Below, one piece after another: positions 11,686-23,479 of a DNA stretch of 64,000 nucleotides (position 1 is its first letter; each line of letters begins with the position of its first letter). The stretch comes from Squalus acanthias (taxonomy: Eukaryota). A program made the translations under genes and the position numbers. Below the pieces are notes generated by a model. The model ran no database searches, was not told the origin of the DNA, and was given only the letters and a program-made list of their open reading frames with translations. Where the stretch lies: NCBI GenBank assembly GCA_030390025.1, contig CM059432.1, positions 53,942,001 through 54,006,000 on the forward strand, read 5' to 3'.

Positions 11686-14600
11686 ATGGCGGACACGAAT
11701 GCAGTTTCCGTGAAACTGCCGGAGTTTTGGGAAAACCAGCCCGAAGCCTGGTTTCTCCAAGCTGAATCTTGCTTCCGGCTGTGAAACATCACCACAGATG
11801 GGACGAAGTACGACTATCTCGTCACATCACTCGGTAGCGCCACAGTTTTGAAGGTTTATACAGCGCTGCAGAACCCACCAGAGGAAGGCAAGTACGCACA
11901 TCTCAAGACAGCGCTCCTTAAAAAATTTACAGCCTCGGCATATCAGCGAAACTGCCACCTCCTCGACCTTCCAGGCCTCGGTGATGCCTCACCGTCAGAC
12001 CTCCTCTCCCACATGCTCTCCCTCACCGACGAGAGCCCACCCGGATCCCTCTTCCGCACACTGTTCATCCGCCAGCTCCCTCTCAGCATCCGCCCAGCGA
12101 TCGTGGCGTCCGGCCCCACGAACCTGGAAGCCCTGGCCGATGAGGCTGACAAGCTGCTGTCCGCTCACTCCAGCCGCGACGTCACTACGGACCTGGCAGC
12201 CAATGCCTGGGCGCGCCCATCACCAGCCACCACGCGGCCACAAGGGCCTGCCACCAGGCCCATGGGGCCTTCGAGCCCCACTAACCCGGGCCACTGTTAC
12301 TACCATGCACGGTTCGGCGCCAGGGCACAACGGTGCACACCTCCCTGCTCTTTCAAGTCCGCCCCTGTACCAACCCCCGCGATGGCCGTGGGCCACGCGG
12401 GCTCCCTGCTGTTCGTCATGGATGACAAAACCGGCCGCCGGTTCCTGTGCGACACTGGGGCTCAGCACAGCATCATCCAGGCCTCCTCCCTCGACATCCA
12501 AAAGGGCGAACGAGGGCCGGCGCTGGCTGCTGCTAACGGCTCGGAAATCCGGACGTATGGCACCTGGACAGTCACCCTCGACCTCGCTTGTCGCCGCTAC
12601 CGATGGGAGTTCATCACTGCCAAGGTGCTCTCCCCTCTCATTGGCGCAGATTTCCTGTGCGCCCACGGCCTACTGGTAGACATCCCCCGTCACCGCCTTG
12701 TGGACATGAACACCATGTCCCCCATCCTGGGTGCCATGGCCCCCCGTCAACCCGCCGACATGGCGTCACAGTGCCACGCCCGGGCCACGGATGACTACTC
12801 GGCACTCCTGGCCGAATTCCCGGCCCTTACCAATCCGACCTTCTCCGCGGAGGCCGCCAAACACGGGGTGGAACACTTCATCCCCACCACAGGCCCCCCA
12901 GTGTACGCCCACGCCCACAGGCTGGACCCGACCAAACTGGAGATCGCGCGGACCGAGTTTGCCACCATGGAACAGCTCGGCCGCTCCAACAGTCCCTGGG
13001 CCTCCCCACTCCACATCGCCTCCAAACCAGGCGGAGGTTGGCGGAGGTTGGCGCCCCTGCGGGGATTACCGCCGCCTCAACGACGCCACCACCCCTGATC
13101 GGTACCCCGTGCCGCACATTCAGGACTTCTCGGCTAGACTGGCCGGCCGCTCAGTCTTTTCCAAGGTCGACCTGGTGCGCGGCTACCACCAAGTCCCCAT
13201 CCACCCCGCGGACGTCCCCAAGACGGCCGTAATCACCCCCTTCGGCCTGTTCGAGTTCCTGCGGATGCCCTTCGGCCTCAAAAATGCGGCCCAGGCATTC
13301 CAACGGCTCATGGACTCGGTCCTTCGGGACCTGAAGTTCCTGTTCGTCTACCTGGACGACATCCTGGTAGCCAGTTCCTCCAAGCAGGAGCACCTCGAAC
13401 ACCTTCGCATCCTGTTTGGGCGCCTCAGCGACCACGGGCTCATCCTCAGCCCAGCCAAATGCAAGTTCGGCCTGGACAAGATCGACTTCTTCGGCCACCA
13501 CATCACCCATGCTGGGGCCATTCCCCTGCCCACCAAGGTGCAGGCCGTCCAACAATTTCCCTGCCCCAACACCGTCAAAGGCCTCCAGGAGTTCCTCGGG
13601 ATGGTGAATTTCTATAACCGCTTCATCCCCAAAGTGGCGTCCCTCATGTGGCCCCTGTATGAAGCCCTCCGGGGCAGGAGCGGCAAGATGGCGGTCGAAT
13701 GGACGGCAGACGCGTCCGCCGCCTTCGACTCCACCAAGACTGCGCTCGCCAACGCCACCCTGCTCGCGCACCCACGGCCCAATGCCAGGGTAGCGCTCAC
13801 CACGGACAGCGGTCAGCGCTGTGTATGAGCAGTGGGTCGACGGCGCCTGGCAACCACTTGCCTTCTTCAGCTGCCAACTACGCCCCCCGGAGGTCAAGTA
13901 CAGCACCTTCGACCGCGAGCTCCTCGCGCTGTTCCTGGCGGTCCGCCATTTCCGGTTTTTGCTTGAGGGCCACCCCTTCACTGCGTTTGTCGACCACAAG
14001 CCCCTGACATTCGCAATGGCAAAGACAACCGACCCCTGGTCCGCCAGGCAGCAGCGCCAGCTCGCGGCAGTGTCCGAGTTCACCACGGACATCCAACACA
14101 TCTCCGGCCGAGACAATGTGGTAGCCGACTGCCTCTCCCGCCCTGCCATCCACGCCGCACACCTGGCAGTCGACTATGCTCAACTCGCAGCAGACCAGAT
14201 CACCGACCCTGATCTGCTCTCCGCACCCACCAACCTACCAGGGCTACGCCTGGCCGACGTCGCCTGTGGCCCGACCGCAGTCACGGTCAAGTGCGACATA
14301 TCCCTATGTTAACCTCGGCCCGTCGTCCCAGCGTCCTGGCGCCGCCGGGTATTCGACATTCTCCACAACCTCTCCCACCCCGGCGCCCGCGCATCCATCA
14401 AATTGGTAGCCAACCGTTTCGTCTGGCACGGCCTTCGCAAGGATGTGCGTACTTGGGCCAACTCCTGCCTAGCCTGCCAATGGGCCAAGGTACAGCAACA
14501 CACGAAAGCACCCCTCGAGGAGTTTACCGTCCCCTCGCGGAGATTCGACCACATCCACGTGGACATCGTCGGGCCCCTGCCGCCGTCGCAAGGCCACACG

Positions 14601-15488
14601 CACTTGCTGACCATCATTGACCGCACCACACGCTGGCCCGAGGGAATTCCACTGACCTCTACCACCACCGCCGACATCGCCAGAGCCTTCGTCAGCACCT
14701 GGGTCGCACGGTTCGGCGTCCCCTCCGACATGACTTTGGACAGAGGTCCGCAATTTACCTCTGAACTCTGGACCGCCGTCGCACGCAATCTCGGGGTCAC
14801 CATTCACCGCACCACAGCATACCACCCCCAAGCCAACGGACTGTGTGAGCGGTTCCACAGATCCTTGAAGGCATCTCTTCGAGCCAGCCTCCAGGACGGC
14901 GCCTGGACCGACCGACTTCCAGGGGTCCTCCTCGGCCTGCGCACCGCGGTTAAAGAAGACCTCCATGCATCAGCAGCAGAGCTCGTGTACGGTCAGCCGT
15001 TGCGCGTACCCGGCGAGTTCCTGCCCACCGCCATGACACCCTAGTCAGCCGACCAGCAACGCCACGACTTCGCCTCACCAGTGCTGCAGTTCGCCCCGGT
15101 GCCCATTGCCCGACACGGCGAATCCACCTCACACGTCCCACTAAGCGTGCACCAGGCACGGTTTGTTTTTGTCCGGCACGACGCCCACCGCGGACCCCTT
15201 CAACCCCCGTACGACGGGCCCTACAAGGTGCTACAGGCTGGGGACAAATTTTTCACCCTGCAAGTGGGCGACAGGACCGAAAAAGTGTCGGTTGACCGAC
15301 TCAAGCCAGCACACTCGGAGCCCGGTGAGCAGGTCCCTGTAGCTCGTCCACCTCCACGCGGCCGACCTGCCCTCAAGCCGGTTCACCCGGCTGCTCCACA
15401 CCCAGCCGTTCCACGTCCACCGGCGTCCTACAAGAGCCGCTCCGGCCGGCCCATCAGACCGCCGCACCGTCTCGTCCACACCTCCTAA
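11686..15488 (+). pseudogene. gag-pol polyprotein, disrupted by a few stops and frameshifts
   Basis: ATG at 11686; VKLPEFWENQPEAWF gag start; CHCC motif CYYHARFGARAQRCTPPC; protease FLCDTGA; RT YLDD; RNase H YSTFDRELLA; integrase HPG...CLAC, HVDIVGPLP, YHPQANGLCER and GPY. Stops near 11782 and at 15042; frameshifts near 13040, 13810 and 14305. Confidence 0.92.
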
Positions 15489-15497
15489 GCAGATTCT

Positions 15498-15506
15498 GGG
15501 GGGAGC
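15498..15506 (+). promoter_or_regulatory. Polypurine tract
   Basis: ggggggagc just upstream of the 3' LTR. Confidence 0.75.
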
Positions 15507-15508
15507 TG

Positions 15509-15749
15509 TGTGGCGGATCGCCACCTAAACGGGCACAATCCACTTTTCCGTCCGTGGACAAACATCAAGCACCTTCCCTTTAAGGCACCTTACCTTTAAG
15601 GCAGGAGTGGGCGGGGCCGCAGGATTTTTCCAGAGAATTCTGGGAGCAGTCTGTTCAGCCATTTTTGTACCATGCAGTTGTATTAAAAAAGTCTCTTGTT
15701 TTCCACACATGGATTCAGCCTTAATTCGTGTTTCGCGGCAGCCTCAACA
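15509..15749 (+). repeat. 3' LTR
   Basis: Direct repeat of 11405-11645, followed by TSD GGGG. Confidence 0.95.
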
Positions 15750-15914
15750 GGGGAATACTAAACCCCATCTATGGTGTCCTTTTTATCAGAGTTGAAAAGA
15801 ATAGGAGGGAAACTGCATTTATCCAGATAAATCGAGTGATTAGGTGACATCAAGCTTAGGCTTGGAGAACCTGTAGATTGTAGGTGTTTATCTATAGACT
15901 GCTCCAAAGATGTA

Positions 15915-17050
15915 GGCCTTGGTTCAGTGATAGCATTCTCGCCTCTGAGTCAGACGGTTGTTGGTTCAAGTCCCACTCAAAAGAATAGAGCACTAAATCT
16001 AAACTAACATTCCAGTGCAGTACTAAGGGAGTGCAGCACTGTCTGAGGTGCCGTCTTTCGGATGAGACATTAAACTGAGGCCCCTTCTGTCCCCTCAGAT
16101 ATCATGACAATATTTTAAGAAGAGCAAGGGAATTCTCCCTGATGTCCTAGCCAATGTTTATCCCTCAACCAAGATCACTAAAACAGAGGCCTAGAAATTG
16201 GCCTCTGGGGGCGATAACGGTGCGCTAAGCACTTCCCGCCTGGGCGTGGCAAGAAGATCGACTCCCGCTATATTCGGCGGGAGGGTGGCGGTATGGCGCT
16301 GCGTCCCGATCTCCTTTACCCGGAGATCATGACATCATCACCGTGCGCATTGCCCCGGTAGCACCCCGGATCCGAACTTCGGTTCTGCACCCTGCAGCAT
16401 TACCCACAAAACCACCGGCAGCTGCAGGAGGCGTTCATCAGGAGGCCGGGCGCTTCGGGGGCGATACTTAAAGGCGAGGTGGCCGAGGTAAGTGAAAAAA
16501 ATTCTGAAATGCTCTTTCTCTTTTTTTATCCTTTTTCTTCGCCAGCGATCGATCAGCCCGGCACCCTGCTGCAGTGCATCGGGCTGATCGGGCTGGATCA
16601 CGGCTGCCATCAGGGACCAGATAAGTTTTCCCCATCTGCAGCGATGGCCCTACCCTTTAAGGGAGGGAAGGAGCCTTCCAACGCGGCAGCGCTGCACACC
16701 GACCACCTCGCCTGCTGCCTGTTACGCTCCAGGAAGGAAGTGGAGCGCTTGATATAGCACTCCACTTCATTCCTGAAGCACACACCACAAATTTTTTTAA
16801 AGTTGAAAAACATAAGCGCCAGGCGCTAATTTTTTTAACTTTTAAAAGTTAGTGCCCCAAACGGGGCTATACTGAAATTCTCCCCCAGACTATCCGGTCA
16901 TTACCTCATTACTGTTTGTGGGACCTTGCTGTGTGCAAAATGGCTGCTGAGTTTCCTACATTACAACAGTGACTACACTTCAAAAGTATTTCATTGGCTG
17001 TAAAGCACTTTGGGACATCCTGAGCTCATGAAAGGTGTAAGTTCTTTCTT
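15915..17050 (+). mobile_element. tRNA-derived SINE (LF-SINE/DeuSINE-like core, L2-like tail) split by a MITE
   Basis: Head with tggttcagtga (A-box-like) and ggttcaagtcc (B box); core ttcggatgagac...taaac also at 43620-43925. Confidence 0.75.
16188..16886. mobile_element. Harbinger-type MITE
   Basis: Ends ggcctagaaatt / gaaattctccccc, TSD AGA; interior related to 1276-2030. Confidence 0.85.
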
Positions 17051-18352
17051 CTTTCTCTAAAGTATCATTTGATTAAAAAAACCCTTGGTTTAAAGTGAAA
17101 GGGCAGGAAACAGCTGGGGTGAAATCACCATGTGTGACTTTAATAACACGGTCATATACAATTCTTTTGTCCGCTATTTTAACAAAGATGCTAATGGTAA
17201 ACATAGCAGGAAACAACATGGGTTGCCAGGCTTTGATTGAAAGTGCTTTCATTGAGGGCTGCCTTTAAGTTTCATTATACTTTTTTCTAAAGAACTATTT
17301 TGCAATAGTGCTGTTCATGTGGAAACCATTCATTTCAAAAGTAAATAATGATTGCAAAGTTTAAGGTAATGGAATGTGGGCCCAATTCTCCACAGGCCTA
17401 CTAGCGCACTCTGTTATCAGTTGGGCAGAAGTATGATGGAAGGACTGGGAAATAGACCTTCACTGCCAATTTCTGCAGGGACTTGTTTGTGGTGGAACCA
17501 TCACCTGCTTCAAACAGGGTCACCCGTGTGAGAGGGAGCATGGCCAGGATGAGGGGACTACCAGGCCGGGAGTTTCCTTGGCCCCAGCCTGAGATCCACT
17601 TGTAAGCCTGTATGTAAAATGAGTGGGGGTCCAAGCCTTGGTTTGGCCTGGACCCCAGAAGTTTTTCCAAAGGGGGCCAATCTTCTGTACCAGTGGCACT
17701 AGCATTCTCCATCAAACCCCACCACCAACCGCCCCCTCTCCCTCTACCCCACCACCAGAGTGGCTTTCCAGCATTGCTTTTTTAAGCCCCTCCACAATGA
17801 TGGGTGCCCAAGATGGCCATATTAGGGTGGGCACCCGCTAGAAAAATGCAGATTAGGGAACATCCTTTGACCATGGGTCACTGGCAGAGGTTGACAGTGG
17901 ACACATGCTGGGGCTTACGCCACGTTCGCAGACCTGTGGATGTTCAGGTCCTGTGTCTTTATTGAAAATTATAGCAAAACCGTAATATGTGCTTAACCAT
18001 ATGTACTGTTCAGCCTATCCTATTTTTGCTCGGCTGCATCTATTTGACATGCTGCTGGAAGGAGTAGGTGTAAAGGCATCCTCGGAGGCCTGCTGTGGAT
18101 CTGCTTGTTCAGGTGGCCGCTTACCTTGAGGTGCGTCAGATCCACATGGTACTGTCTGTGTGTCAGGAATAGTCTGTTCCTTCCAGCTTTTGGGGGCTTG
18201 CTTTTGAAAGTTTCTTTCTTTCACATGTCCAGAGGCAACTGCAGACAAGATGCTGGCAGTGATTGAGGGACACCCACCGGTTCCTATGATTCTAATCAGA
18301 TTTCCCTGCTGGACACCAAGTGAGTGTCACTGCCCTGTTCAATAAAGCTAGT

Positions 18353-19068
18353 GGGGGGAATTTTTACTTCCTGATGCGCTGGGAGTGGGGGGGGGGGGGG
18401 CGGGGGTCCAGTAGTATGCAGGATCTGGGCTTCCCCTCATGCTGTGGAGATTTCATTCCACAGTGTGCATCTGGCTTGGCTTCCAGTCGGGCGGGGAACG
18501 CTCCGGAGGAGACCGCAGGACCATATAGGTCCAATCCCTGACCTCGGGGAGGGCGGGGATCCGATCCGAAGTGGGGGGGATCCGATCCCGGGGAGAGAGT
18601 CCGATCCCTGACCCCGACGGAGGTTCGATCACGGTGGCGGGGGGGTTGGTCTGACCCCTGACCTGGGGAAGGGGTGGTCCGATCCTGGGGGGCAGGGGGT
18701 GGGCTGATGGTGGGGAAGCTTGGGTGGCTGGGAGGAAGCACTCCTGCTCCTCCTGGCCCCCAAGGAGTGCTCCCCGAGGCTGACCTCGCCTCGTTGCAGC
18801 TGCTGGGATTCTCGAGGCCCGGGAAACGTGGCCAGCCACAGGTAAACCTGCGAAGCAGTTTAAATCCAAGGCTTCCAGCTTCATTAACTTATTTGAAATG
18901 CCAACCTGTCTCCTGGGAGTGGGTTGGCTGCCCGCCTCTTGTCCCACTTCAGTGAACCCCAGAAGTCGGTGGGTTGGAGCCGGTTTCCCGACACGCTTCG
19001 ATTTTTTGCCTGTTTAACCCACCACCCGCACCCAATCCCACCCACTCCCCTATATTAAAATTCCCCCC
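18353..19068. mobile_element. Harbinger-type MITE
   Basis: TIR ggggggaatttt/aaaattcccccc; TSD not clean; internal cactcctgctcctcctggccc shared with ~54931. Confidence 0.75.
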
Positions 19069-19684
19069 AGAATGTCTGTCCAAGGGCTTAAATTGGTGAT
19101 GCTGCTGGGTGCTGCGATGAGGCTTCTTGCTGAGGGCCCACCTTGCTACTCTCGGTGTTGTGGCACATGTGCAACACGAAGAAAAGGGCACATTTAGCCC
19201 ACAGGGTGCTCTCCTAGTGCATTGTGGGTTGAGTGCCCCAAAAGTGCCATCTGCCGGAAGGTTGAACTTTGCACCCCAGTTCCCTCTCAGGGATAATTTG
19301 CACAGTGAGGGTGCATGCTAGGTGGCCAGGTGTCTCGCTATGGAGTGCATGCCCACAAGGGGTAGGAATCCTGGGGAAAAAAGGGATCTTAAAGGAAGCA
19401 GTTATGTTAAAGGTGCAGGTCCATTGGGAGCTCCATGGCAGAAGTGAGTGCAGCAATAATTTGGAGCAAATTATATTGGAACTTGTTTGTATTAGGATTT
19501 GTAATTAGCTATGGCTACCAGTTTAAAACTGTTTAATTCCAGTGCTGGTGGCATGAAGCTTGACTATTTGCTGTGCACGTCTTTGCTGTTCTTTTCTTCC
19601 TGTTTACATGCATTCACCTGTGACTGTGCTCCTGCTAGGTTGTACAAGGCTGATATGGCACAAAATGGAAGATTCGATACCCAG

Positions 19685-19830
19685 CTTCACTAAGGACAGC
19701 TTCACCCTACAGGCAGTGTAGGAGAGGAGAGCAGTGCTGTTTTCTGCTAGGGGAAGGAAGCTTACTAAAGGAGTGGGCTCGACAGCATGGCAGGAGGTAG
19801 TCAAATATGTGAATTCAAACAGCACTGTAT
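19685..19830 (+). pseudogene. Degenerate Harbinger Myb/SANT exon remnant
   Basis: Reads ...QAV*ERRAVLFSARGRKL...AWQEVVKYVNS, resembling exon 1 at 28191. Confidence 0.5.
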
Positions 19831-20335
19831 GCTAATGGGAAAGGTGGGCCGCCGGCTGGGTTTGCTTTCCACCCAGGAGCAGATGCAGCATCTCTGAAAT
19901 ATTATGCATTCCTTCCTTCATAATCTCTCTTTTAAATATTCTTCAGGTGTAAATATTCTTCAGGCTTCACACTTCACTACCTTCGTTGCAAACCACATCT
20001 TCTGCCAGCATAAGCTTGCCTGCTGGTACAGGTTGCCAAACTGCAAGGCACCACATCCACATGATCCACATCTCTCCCTTCAAAATCCTCCTTCACACAT
20101 GGGCTTGCTATCTAACACTAAACACTCTCTCATCGGCTTGATCACTGCTTCATATCCTACAGGAGAAAGCAGTGCATAATAGAAGGGAGTTGGTTGCAAC
20201 AAGAGGTGGGGAAGTAACAATCAGGGACCTCGTCCCCCTTGGAGGAGTGGGCCCGCGGTATTTGAGGGCCACAACAGTCAGTAGCTGGACAAAAATGGGG
20301 AAGCAGGAGGGTGAGTCGTTTCCCAAGAATATAGC

Positions 20336-20468
20336 GGAGCGAGCTGGTGATGGAGCGAGCTGGTGATGGAGCGAGCTGGTGATGGAGCGAGCTGGTGATG
20401 GAGCGAGCTGGTGATGGAGCGAGCTGGTGATGGAGCGAGCTGGTGATGGAGCGAGCTGGTGATGGAGC
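20336..20468. repeat. Perfect 16-bp minisatellite (GGAGCGAGCTGGTGAT)x8.3
   Basis: Direct reading; identical units, no spacers. Confidence 0.97.
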
Positions 20469-20629
20469 AAACTGGGGAGAAAGTGAGGACTTCTAAAACG
20501 GGAATTGGGTGAAAATGGGAACTCAGTGCTGAGTTGGAGAGAAACTGTGGGTACGTAGTGCAGAAATTGTGTTTTTTATCAAACTGAAATGTAAGCTTAG
20601 GGGATGATTTTGCCAATGGGGAACTTCCA

Positions 20630-21387
20630 TCAACTTCTGGCCAACCCACGCTATTTTCCCTTGATTGACCTTGTTAAGCCCGCCCAGTGGGCTTAGCAGG
20701 CCAATCAAGGGAAAGCCGGTTACAGAGAACGTCAACGTATGACGTTTCATCTGTCAAAAATTTTTGACAGATGAATTGTCATCGTTTGACAGCTCTGTGA
20801 AGCTGTCAAACAGTGACATTCTCTGTAGTTGGATGAGGTCTTTCAAGACCTCATCAAACCTTTCTTTTGCAGAAAGGAGATGGTTGTTGCATTGGAGAAT
20901 GCAACGGCTATCTGTCATCTCTACAGCAGAGGTGTGAGACTCTCCGCATACCCACCAACTGAAGCCTGCAGGAAGAAACAAAGGTAAGTAAACTTTTTCT
21001 AGCACTTTGCACTTACCTCAGATACTCACCTCTCCACAGTTGCACCCATCACTTACCTTCACAGCACACTTTTGGACCCCTCCGACCCCCGCAGACCCTC
21101 TACTCGCTTCGGTGACCCTGGCGGGTTTTGGAGCCTTTGGGAAGCCCGCACTTATGTGGACAAAAAGGGGATAATGCTATTTTCTGCCTGTTAACTACCT
21201 GTTAACAGGCAGTTAAGTGGCTTTAATCCCTTCCCGCCTCCAAGGAGACGGGACCCGGTGCGGGACAGCTACTCGCCTCCTGGCAAGATGGCATGGAGGC
21301 GGGTTGGGCACCCGCCCCCAAATTCTGCCATTTTCCCAGCAGTCCCGCCTCCAAACCCGCCTCCCCAGGGCTGGCAAAATCGCCCCC
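20630..21387. mobile_element. MITE of the 44666-45498 family, reverse orientation, one end missing
   Basis: Ends caaaatcgccccc; near-identical in reverse complement to 44666-45420. Confidence 0.9.
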
Positions 21388-22244
21388 ACAGTTTTTAACT
21401 TAAAAAATTTCAAGTCAGTTGGCAGTTAACTGTCAGTCACTGTAAGTAGGTCACTGGCCAGGTGTTCATTAGGTACTGTGTGGTTGGGAACAGACTGACC
21501 AGTTGAAACTGGTTTGTGTCTGAAAGGTATATAAAGGGTGATACTTGCTTGAGCCATGAGAGTGAGCTGGTAATGTAGTGAGCTGGGAACAGAGCGAGGT
21601 CTTCTAAAATAGAAATTTGGTGAGAGTGGGAATTGGGTGCAAAGAGGTAAGGAAGTGCTAAGTGGGTGTGAAGGGCCTAATCGTACCTTTGGGATATTTC
21701 AGGCAAGCAGTCAGTTCCTCTGTAACCTTACGGGGGTGGGCCTAATAAATGCCTCCGCTCCTGTCCCCTGAAGTGCAGCTTTTTAAAGTATGTTCAGTGA
21801 GGCAGAAACCTGGCACAGTTCTACCCCAACTTGCTGTTCCCATCTGTAATTACATCCCATTTCCTTCCCCTGGATTGTAGAATTTTTACTCAGGTTTTAG
21901 ACAAAGTAAAACATTCAAATAATTACATGTTTCCGAATAACATGATTACATTTTTCCATTAAAAAATAAATGCATAGGTAAAGATAGATATAAAATAAAG
22001 GCCACTCATTTACAGTTTTCATTGAATTCTACAACTCTGTCATTATTCTATCTCCAAAGCAGCAGTAAAAATCCCAGAATATCAGTTAATAAAAATAAAA
22101 TTCAATTTGTTCAGTCAGTATAAATCAGTGGCCTTAAGGTTCTCTCCTACATGGCATGTAAAACAGCAGACAGTCCATGAGCAATACCACAGGAGATCTG
22201 CTAGTCCTAGAAAATTATTCCGGTATTTCAGCCATACAGCTTAC

Positions 22245-22322
22245 CTAAAACACCTGGTTTGAATGAGCCAAGGTACCACTGGGCGATAATTCTGCTCAAA
22301 GACCAGGATATTCGGTAGGCAC
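22245..22322 (-). CDS. Candidate internal host-gene exon (78 bp), unidentified
   Basis: aaatgctttag|G TGC CTA...TTT AG|gtaag; open frame CLPNILVFEQNYRPVVPWLIQTRCF; length a multiple of 3 and phase-compatible with 372-464. Confidence 0.4.
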
Positions 22323-22632
22323 CTAAAGCATTTCATTTTCACGCAGGGACCATGCTAAATTAATATTCCACTCAGAATGGGGACCAGGTAAGAGTGATGG
22401 CTACTCAGCTCGCATGCCCAAATAGTACTGATAGAAAATGTACCCTTTATTTTATTTAGCCAGTGGTTGGATAAACTGTAACCCTTTAGGATGCTGAAAG
22501 CACTATTTCCTTTACTGAAAAACAAGAGAACTGATTCTGTGAAGCAATAATCATAACATATTGGCATGAAGGAGAATTGGAGAGAAGAAAACTATTGATG
22601 CCAAAAGTTAAACGAATATGTACACAGTCTGT

Positions 22633-22818
22633 GGGGGTGGACTTGGAGATGGGCAGGATGCAAAACGGGTGCTATCACATCAGTCACCTGTTATGTGCTC
22701 CGCCCGATATTCAGTTCCATTGACTTCAATAGAACTGAATATCGGGTGTATCGTATAACAGTCGGCAAATGCAATTCCGCTTGTTTTACATCCCCGTCCA
22801 TGTCCAATTTCACCCCCC
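22633..22818. mobile_element. Short palindromic MITE (186 bp)
   Basis: ~40-bp imperfect TIR gggggtggacttggagatggg.../...gtccatgtccaatttcaccccc, TGT on both flanks, central palindrome cccgatattcagttc...gaactgaatatcggg. Confidence 0.8.
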
Positions 22819-22856
22819 TGTAACTGAAGTACATTTAACTGAAAGCACAAATTTCT

Positions 22857-23055
22857 TTCCTCCCCTCCCTCCTTTCCCTGCCCCTGCTTAAAATCTGTGA
22901 TATCTCTAACTTTTTCCAGTTCTGACGAAAGGTCATCGACCTGAAACATTAACTCTGTTTCTCTCTCCACAGATGCTGCCTGACCTGCTGAGTATTTCCA
23001 GCATTTTCTGTTTTTATTTCAGATTTCCAGCATCCACAGTATTTTGCTTTTGTAT
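22857..23055 (+). mobile_element. Penelope-like retroelement terminal fragment
   Basis: Contains a hammerhead motif at 22918-22954; family inferred from the known PLE-hammerhead association. Confidence 0.55.
22918..22954 (+). ncRNA. Minimal type I hammerhead ribozyme motif, probably mutated
   Basis: AGTT-CTGACGA-A-AGGTC(atc)GACCT-GAAA-CATT-AACT. Stems I and II pair; the stem III palindrome reads AACATT rather than AACGTT. Confidence 0.65.
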
Positions 23056-23479
23056 TATAGCACAAATTTAATGTTGGGTTACCTTTTATGGTGCAAGTTG
23101 AAATTGTAGTCTCTTTTTCCTAAGCTAAACCGTTTCAAGTCAGTTTTAAGCATTCAAAGTCAACCAATCAGTGGTGTACATGGTTTGATAATGTAAAGGT
23201 CCATCAACAAAATATGACAGTAAAATGTTATAACTTTTGCAAAAGCAACAATCATAATGAGATAATTACAGAAACTCAAACCCGACTAATCTAATTTTAT
23301 TAGCTATGTCATTATCATCGATTTTAAGTGTAATTCACCATTGCATTATCATTCACACATAATAAAATATATTGAATAGCATCATTCCATTTTTTAAAAA
23401 GGCCAAAGAGAGGCAACATCACTCAGCTTCCAAATTCTAACCACCTAAAACAGCAGAACTCGAAAATGAGAAGATTTAA

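Larger units (their letters stand above)
11405..15749 (+). mobile_element. Full-length Ty3/Gypsy LTR retrotransposon, CsRn1-like clade
   Basis: 241-bp TG...CA LTRs, TSD GGGG, tRNA-Trp PBS, PPT, gag-PR-RT-RH-IN order. Confidence 0.95.

Noticed and set aside
13151..14149. 332-aa antisense ORF and other overlapping ORFs in the Gypsy element
   Set aside because: Expected shadow ORFs of a GC-rich coding strand; no recognisable motifs.
20336..20468. CRISPR-like array
   Set aside because: Contiguous identical units with no spacers, no cas genes, eukaryotic context.
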